From positions 32,480-96,479 of the IMG/VR virus record IMGVR_UViG_3300013094_000026: DNA of 64,000 bases; one strand, 5' to 3'. Source of the stretch: a virus. The notes under the pieces are model-generated. The model searched no databases. It saw nothing but the letters and a program-made list of their open reading frames with translations, and was not told the DNA's origin. The translations under genes were made by a program, and so were the position numbers. Positions within the stretch are counted from its first letter, which is position 1; every line of letters starts with the position of its first letter. Shown here one piece after another: positions 58,886-64,000 of the stretch.

Positions 58886-59379
58886 CTTTATACCATCTAG
58901 ACAATTTGTAGCCATCGTCAAATCGCTCTATATTTGAGCCACAATCTAGGCAGGTAGTATTCCAAAACTCATGCCATGATTTCTGAGTGTAGATTTCATT
59001 AGCAGTATTAGGATTATGCTTTACGCATTTTGTTATAGTGTTCATTATATGAACCTTTCTTTATTGACACCTTGTCAATTTCTTATAGTGTAACTATAAC
59101 ATGGGGGTGTGACATTTTCAACTCCAAAATGTGTACAAATCGGACATTTTAAAAAATATTTTTGTGACTTGCACCACATTTTGAGGTGCATAAGGTATAA
59201 ATCGGACATTTCGGGCGCACTAAAAATTTTTTGTTTTTTGTTTTGCGGAGTGTATCATACAAAATAAAACTCCATTAACATTTTGGTCAAATTCAATTCT
59301 TAAAATTAGCTGAGAATGTACTATAATGCACAAAATTTACAAAAAATTATGCACTATAATGCAATTTTGCGGAATATTA

Positions 59380-59583
59380 TTAAGATTCTTCATCATTTTC
59401 AAAAATAAATGATGGGGCGGGAGCTAGAACTTGTCCTAATTCATGTAAATTTATCATTTTATCAGTATCAGCACCTAATTTATCAGCAATCATTACTAAC
59501 ATATCATAATTTCTCTGCTCTTGAATAAAAATAGCACCTAAAAGCTCTCTAATATTTTCAAAAATAGGTTTTAAATCATCCAT
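59380..59583 (-). CDS. Hypothetical protein
   Basis: Coupled ORF. Confidence 0.6.
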   Translation of the reverse strand: MDDLKPIFENIRELLGAIFIQEQRNYDMLVMIADKLGADTDKMINLHELGQVLAPAPSFIFENDEES

Positions 59584-60323
59584 TATAGGCTTACTCCATA
59601 TTCTGTAGCAATATGTCCAAGAAAAGTGGCGGGATGTGGATAATCAAGCTCTCCTAGACCCAATAAAGAGTTATATACATGTATTGTATAGCTATTGCTA
59701 ACATCTTTATATAACTTATTTACAAAATAAGCATTAGTATTTAGCAAATAATGCAACTCATGGGGTGGAATAGGATAAAAAGCTTCCATTGGAAGAACAT
59801 ATTTATACAAATCAAATTTTTCAATTGCGGTTTCTAGTAATGCTGGGCCAAGGGTATTTGGAGTGCCATATGGCAAACTCCAATCAATCAAATTTTTATC
59901 ATAAGCAAGAGCATTTTCATATAAGAACTTAAGGGCGGGGGAATCCTTTGGGAGTCTCAAAATGGCATTATTTGGTTTCATACCTTTATCCATTAGAAAC
60001 TCTTCACCTAATATGTATTCACCAATCTGCCAATCGCTTTTGAGACATATAGCATCCATATCAGTCCATATGTAATCTGTTTCCATTAGCATCTTATATC
60101 TAAACAAATCAGAGAATGGTTGATATAGATTTCTTTCACCAAATACGGCGGTGACATCTAAAATTTCATTAGCATCTTTTACAATTGTTCCCTCTGGAAC
60201 AATTATATTCTTATCATAACTATATAATGTAAATGTATGTCCATGCTTCAAATATGAAGATATAACAATCTCACATAATTTAGTTATATTTGATCCGTAC
60301 CACATTGATGCAAAGTCAGCCAT
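59583..60323 (-). CDS. Alpha-1,4-glycosyltransferase-like (GT32, DXD)
   Basis: FSDLFRYKML...WTDMDAICLK, NNAIL, LGP.LL, FYPI. Confidence 0.8.
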   Translation of the reverse strand: MADFASMWYGSNITKLCEIVISSYLKHGHTFTLYSYDKNIIVPEGTIVKDANEILDVTAVFGERNLYQPFSDLFRYKMLMETDYIWTDMDAICLKSDWQIGEYILGEEFLMDKGMKPNNAILRLPKDSPALKFLYENALAYDKNLIDWSLPYGTPNTLGPALLETAIEKFDLYKYVLPMEAFYPIPPHELHYLLNTNAYFVNKLYKDVSNSYTIHVYNSLLGLGELDYPHPATFLGHIATEYGVSL

Positions 60324-60566
60324 TTACTCCCCTAATATCTCTCTAGTTATATGATCCCATTTATTTGATTCCATAGATTTAGAGTTATTAATCAATAAAT
60401 CCCCGTCGCTATTAGTTTCCATGTGTATCCAGGAAATATTGCGGGTCATTTCTACTTCTCCAACAAATATATGATCATTTCCTTCTTTTACATGCAATAA
60501 AATCTGATATCCATCATCTTCTTCAAAATCTTCAATATATGCTCTTTCAATATATATCTTAGCCAT
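60324..60566 (-). CDS. Hypothetical protein
   Basis: Coupled ORF. Confidence 0.55.
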   Translation of the reverse strand: MAKIYIERAYIEDFEEDDGYQILLHVKEGNDHIFVGEVEMTRNISWIHMETNSDGDLLINNSKSMESNKWDHITREILGE

Positions 60567-61059
60567 CTACAACTTGATCCAATAATGGATAATCCTCTGA
60601 CATCATATTATTAAATTCTTCATTACCAATCCAAAATATATTTCCTAATACCCGCCAAGCAAAATTTGTACCTTCTGCTAAATGCTTTGATATTGCCCAA
60701 GATAAAACCTCTGAATCAAGTTTTCTTCCAGCTTCTAAAAGCATAGTATATTCAATTCCCTTAATTGTGCGGGTTGTAAATATAGCATTTGCCCGTGAGG
60801 GCTTAAATGATTCAGGCATAGTAGAATCGGTTAAGTAATCACATTTAAATACCTTACATGGCAATGTAGGGCGTTTTTCATATGCTCCACAACCTTTGCC
60901 TAATGAAACAAATGAGCATGGAATAATAGTCATATCATCATTCATGCCCATAAAGGACTCCTGCCCGTCGCTCAATTTTATATCGGCCCGCAGATGACCT
61001 TCACAACATTTCGTACAACCTTCACATGAACGTCCTTCTACAATGGGTAGTAAATCCAC
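60559..61059 (-). CDS. YkgJ-like cysteine-cluster (Fe-S/Zn) protein
   Basis: CEGCTKCC...C...GC.AYEKRP..PCK.FKC. Confidence 0.75.
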   Translation of the reverse strand: MDLLPIVEGRSCEGCTKCCEGHLRADIKLSDGQESFMGMNDDMTIIPCSFVSLGKGCGAYEKRPTLPCKVFKCDYLTDSTMPESFKPSRANAIFTTRTIKGIEYTMLLEAGRKLDSEVLSWAISKHLAEGTNFAWRVLGNIFWIGNEEFNNMMSEDYPLLDQVVDG

Positions 61060-61060
61060 C

Positions 61061-61558
61061 TTAGTTATCCTTTAGTCTTTTTGCCAAGTCCTTCGGTGTC
61101 ACCAAGGCGTGTGGCTTCTTCGTTAACTTAATGCCAGCGTGAGAGTATACCCAAGCAACGAGTTGTGAGCAGATAACCCTTTTTTCTCTTTCAGCAAGCC
61201 AATTGAGTGGTAGGATTGAAAGGCCCAAGCACTTAAGGCCTAATGCCATGATTGACCAAATGCCGTATACATCTCCTACAAATTGACGAGCAAATAAAGA
61301 AATGTTCATTCTTTCTTCCGCCGTTAATGAAGTATCAAATCCAGTGTTCCAGATAATTTCATCATACGTATACTTTGATAATGGAGAGATTGAAACTCCT
61401 GTCGGACGAGCCTCAACGATCTGACCGTTCCCGATATATATACCTGCATGATTCCAACGTGACATTGTACCAATTTGAATAAGTCTTGCGGGGATACCTG
61501 TAGTTCTCACTACAAAGTAATCTCCAATATTAGGCTCTTTCATTTTCTGTTTCCTCAA
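61061..61558 (-). CDS. Permuted papain-like (YiiX/YebB, NlpC/P60) amidase
   Basis: WNHAGIYIGNGQIVEA...ICSQLVAWVY..AG...TPKDL. Confidence 0.82.
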   Translation of the reverse strand: MRKQKMKEPNIGDYFVVRTTGIPARLIQIGTMSRWNHAGIYIGNGQIVEARPTGVSISPLSKYTYDEIIWNTGFDTSLTAEERMNISLFARQFVGDVYGIWSIMALGLKCLGLSILPLNWLAEREKRVICSQLVAWVYSHAGIKLTKKPHALVTPKDLAKRLKDN

Positions 61559-61781
61559 TTTTCTTTAAAATATTTTCATACAGTTGTAGACCAGCAATTT
61601 GTTCATACCCACATGACATACAGTATAACACGATTTTGTCATTAACTTCTTTATGATGTAAAAAGTATATTGCATTAAATAATTTTTTATCTTCTTTATG
61701 AGATTCATTGGGACAGGAGAGGAAGTTTACCTTCCCCTCCGTCGCTAGTTTATAATACTGTGAGAATACTTGTATTTTCAT
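61530..61781 (-). CDS. Zinc-ribbon protein
   Basis: CP..SH...CMSCG. Confidence 0.6.
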   Translation of the reverse strand: MKIQVFSQYYKLATEGKVNFLSCPNESHKEDKKLFNAIYFLHHKEVNDKIVLYCMSCGYEQIAGLQLYENILKKIEETENERA

Positions 61782-62470
61782 CAGTATGCTATGTTCGCCT
61801 TCTGAAATACAGACATGACGTACTGCTTAACTGTAGGATTACCTGGAACAGCTAAATTCCAAGTATTCATATCGTAAGCTCTTGATGGGCACAAGTGTGC
61901 TGCAACAGCTTTTCTCCAGTCATGGTACTTGGCGTAGGATGATTTTAGTTCATTTATCATACGTTGATCTTGTACCCATTCTGGTGCATCGCAGGGACTC
62001 TTATATCCCATAAAGTTGTTCCATGATGTTGACATGTATTGATAAGCACCACATGCACTACTGGAATAAGAGTGGCGATAATATGCTCCTGCTCCGCCAG
62101 TTTCCTGACTGAGAATTGCATTTGCCAATCTTGATATTATTACCCTTTTGTCTACTCTTGATTTTAAATTTAGCTTTTTGCTATAAGCGGGCATTTTAAA
62201 TGTTGTATCGTTACTTAGATCATTTACTAAATAAACTAAGTTATTGTTTTTACTATTTAAATCAATAGTAATAACATCCTTAATGTTTACCAAGTTTGTG
62301 TATTTATCAATAAATACAGTATCCTTGAACACACCCATACTTTTGATACGAGTGATGCTTTTATGCATTGCTGCTGCATGGCTTTGGTGGATCCCAAACA
62401 TCATTGTTAGAATTGTCACTCCAATCATTGTCCATACTGTTCTTATCCTTGCTTTGTTCATATTATTCAT
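61781..62470 (-). CDS. Exported lytic transglycosylase-like protein
   Basis: Signal/TM segment; QETGG...SSACGAYQYM.TSW...VQD lysozyme-like motif; GGAGG SD. Confidence 0.75.
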   Translation of the reverse strand: MNNMNKARIRTVWTMIGVTILTMMFGIHQSHAAAMHKSITRIKSMGVFKDTVFIDKYTNLVNIKDVITIDLNSKNNNLVYLVNDLSNDTTFKMPAYSKKLNLKSRVDKRVIISRLANAILSQETGGAGAYYRHSYSSSACGAYQYMSTSWNNFMGYKSPCDAPEWVQDQRMINELKSSYAKYHDWRKAVAAHLCPSRAYDMNTWNLAVPGNPTVKQYVMSVFQKANIAY

Positions 62471-62811
62471 ATGTACCTCCTAGGGAAAGAGTAGAATTCA
62501 ATGGTAACACATATAAAAACTCATGTCAATCCCCGCTTAATGGACTTTTTGATACAGACTATGCTACAATCAAATTCTTGGATAGTTTTGGAGATAGTAT
62601 CAAGGGTTAAACTCCAAGTGCGATGATGACGGAAGTAATTCTTTCAGATAAAAGTATAGGCTCGGACCGATGAATTGCGGATTTATAACCTGCCAATTTC
62701 GGGGTTCCTTATTTATATTTTATAATAAGGGTATAGGGTTACTATGCAAAAAATCTGGAAGTATCATCTATAAAACAAATTAATAATATATTATATAGAG
62801 AAGAGTTAATT

Positions 62812-63813
62812 TTGAAAGTATCATTTACAGGTGCTCCTGAATATATGGATAGAAATGTTGGATATGGTGAAGCATCATTTCATATTTTTAATGAATTTGA
62901 AAAACAAGGTATTGAATGTTTGATTGGATCTCCTAAAGCAGATATTGGAATTTCATTTGTACAACCAGATAAATTTAGATTTGGTAGAAATCAATATAAA
63001 ATTGGATACACCCCTTGGGAATCAACAGGAATATTACCTACATGGAATAGTAATTTAAATAATTTAATTGATGAGATGTGGACAACATCTCCTTGGTGTG
63101 CTGAGATATTTTCTAAATACACTAATAAACCAATTTTTGTATATGAGCATGGTATTGAAGATAATTGGATTCCAATTAAAAGAAAAATTAATTCTTCCCG
63201 TCCATTTAGATTTTTACATGTTGGCGAACCAGCTTTTAGAAAAGATGCTCAAATGGTTGTTGATGCATTTATTACTTTATATGGAGATAATCCAAATTAT
63301 GAATTAATTATGAAGTCAAGTCGTATGAACACAACTATAGTAAGAGATGCTAAAACAGGACATTCTTTAGGATCTCCTGGAGCATTTTATAAAAACATTA
63401 AAACAATTGATTCTTTTTTGTCAGTTGAACAAATGAATGGTTTATATGATTTATGTGATGTCTTTGTATATCCGTCATGGGGAGAGGGTTTTGGATTCAA
63501 TCCTTTGCAAGCAATGGCAAAAGGTATTCCAACAATTTGTACTGCTGGTTGGGCGACTTATGAGAGATATATTACAGCACCACTAGATTCTACAATGTCC
63601 TTATCCCCTTGGCAAGAAATACATCCAGGAATGATGTTGAAACCAAATTATGCACAATTAAAAGATTATATTAAAGATATTGTTGAGAATTATCAAGATT
63701 ATAGTTCATTAGCCTATAAGAATGCTTTCTTAATTCATAAAGATTATAATTGGGAAAAAGTTACAAAACCCGCTGTAAAAAGATTAAAAGAAATTCAAAA
63801 AGAGTATTTTTAA
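62812..63813 (+). CDS. Glycosyltransferase family 4 (GT-B)
   Basis: FLHVG...RK, DVFVYPSWGEGFG..PLQAMAKG.PTI. Confidence 0.88.
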   Translation: MKVSFTGAPEYMDRNVGYGEASFHIFNEFEKQGIECLIGSPKADIGISFVQPDKFRFGRNQYKIGYTPWESTGILPTWNSNLNNLIDEMWTTSPWCAEIFSKYTNKPIFVYEHGIEDNWIPIKRKINSSRPFRFLHVGEPAFRKDAQMVVDAFITLYGDNPNYELIMKSSRMNTTIVRDAKTGHSLGSPGAFYKNIKTIDSFLSVEQMNGLYDLCDVFVYPSWGEGFGFNPLQAMAKGIPTICTAGWATYERYITAPLDSTMSLSPWQEIHPGMMLKPNYAQLKDYIKDIVENYQDYSSLAYKNAFLIHKDYNWEKVTKPAVKRLKEIQKEYF

Positions 63814-63867
63814 AATTTCTGTATGCTACAATTAAGTTCTATCAAAAATTCTAACTAGGAGAAAAAA

Positions 63868-64000
63868 ATGTCTAACACTATTGAAAATCCATATGAAAAC
63901 TTTATTGCTTTATCTCGTTATGCGAGATGGCTTGAAGACGAAAATCGTAGAGAAACATGGGGTGAAACTGTAGACCGCTACTTTAACTTTATGGTTCATC
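63868..64000 (+). CDS. nrdJ: Ribonucleotide reductase, class II (B12-dependent), 3'-truncated
   Basis: FIALSRYARW....RRETWGETVDRY; AGGAG SD. Confidence 0.75.
   Translation, partial: MSNTIENPYENFIALSRYARWLEDENRRETWGETVDRYFNFMVH

Noticed and set aside
62471-62530. c-di-AMP (ydaO) riboswitch upstream of the transglycosylase
   Set aside because: The leader between the TTGACA promoter and the SD is only about 30 nt
62625-62645. Glutamine (glnA) riboswitch suggested by GACGGAAGTA
   Set aside because: The closing CGTT/AACG stem is absent
988-63307. Numerous short antisense or alternate-frame ORFs in the track (e.g. 16377-16853, 30563-31012, 20865-21251)
   Set aside because: Shadows of well-supported genes, with no SD or recognisable motifs

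Overview
AT-rich 64-kb segment of a large tailed dsDNA phage that infects Actinobacteria. WhiB, many leaderless genes and a Nanopelagicales-like secreted protein point to a low-GC freshwater actinobacterial host. The gene set resembles the large Streptomyces BE/BK-type siphoviruses; this is inferred from recalled gene content, not from a search. Layout: tail/adhesin genes (1-7 kb); a replication/recombination block with DnaB, primase, SSB, DnaE, RecA, Cas4-like and RuvC-like genes (9.5-22.5 kb); methyl/glycosyltransferases; small and large terminase; 7 tRNAs plus two unexplained structured RNAs; putative internal-head polyproteins; a stress/proteostasis set (Hsp20, Dps, GroES, Trx, HslV-like); ThyX and dUTPase; a 1.1-kb almost non-coding convergence zone; a 12-kb leftward early region (47-59.2 kb); cell-envelope enzymes; and the start of a class II RNR. 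Best candidate for an undescribed system: the early region is built from small-gene cassettes. They are punctuated by five ~95-bp symmetric repeats with an invariant 23-bp core and a 10-mer present in both orientations, 12 CRP/GlxR-type TGTGA-N6-TCACA boxes, and 12 promoters sharing an ATGTCAG spacer whose ATG is usually coupled to the next gene. One cassette (promoter + structured RNA + new N-terminus) sits inside a gene between 47-bp direct repeats. Other highlights are a 76-nt tRNA-like RNA with rearranged arms, WxGxFxP-tagged modular polyproteins and a strand-biased excess of GCGGG. All calls were made by eye; no database searches were run.
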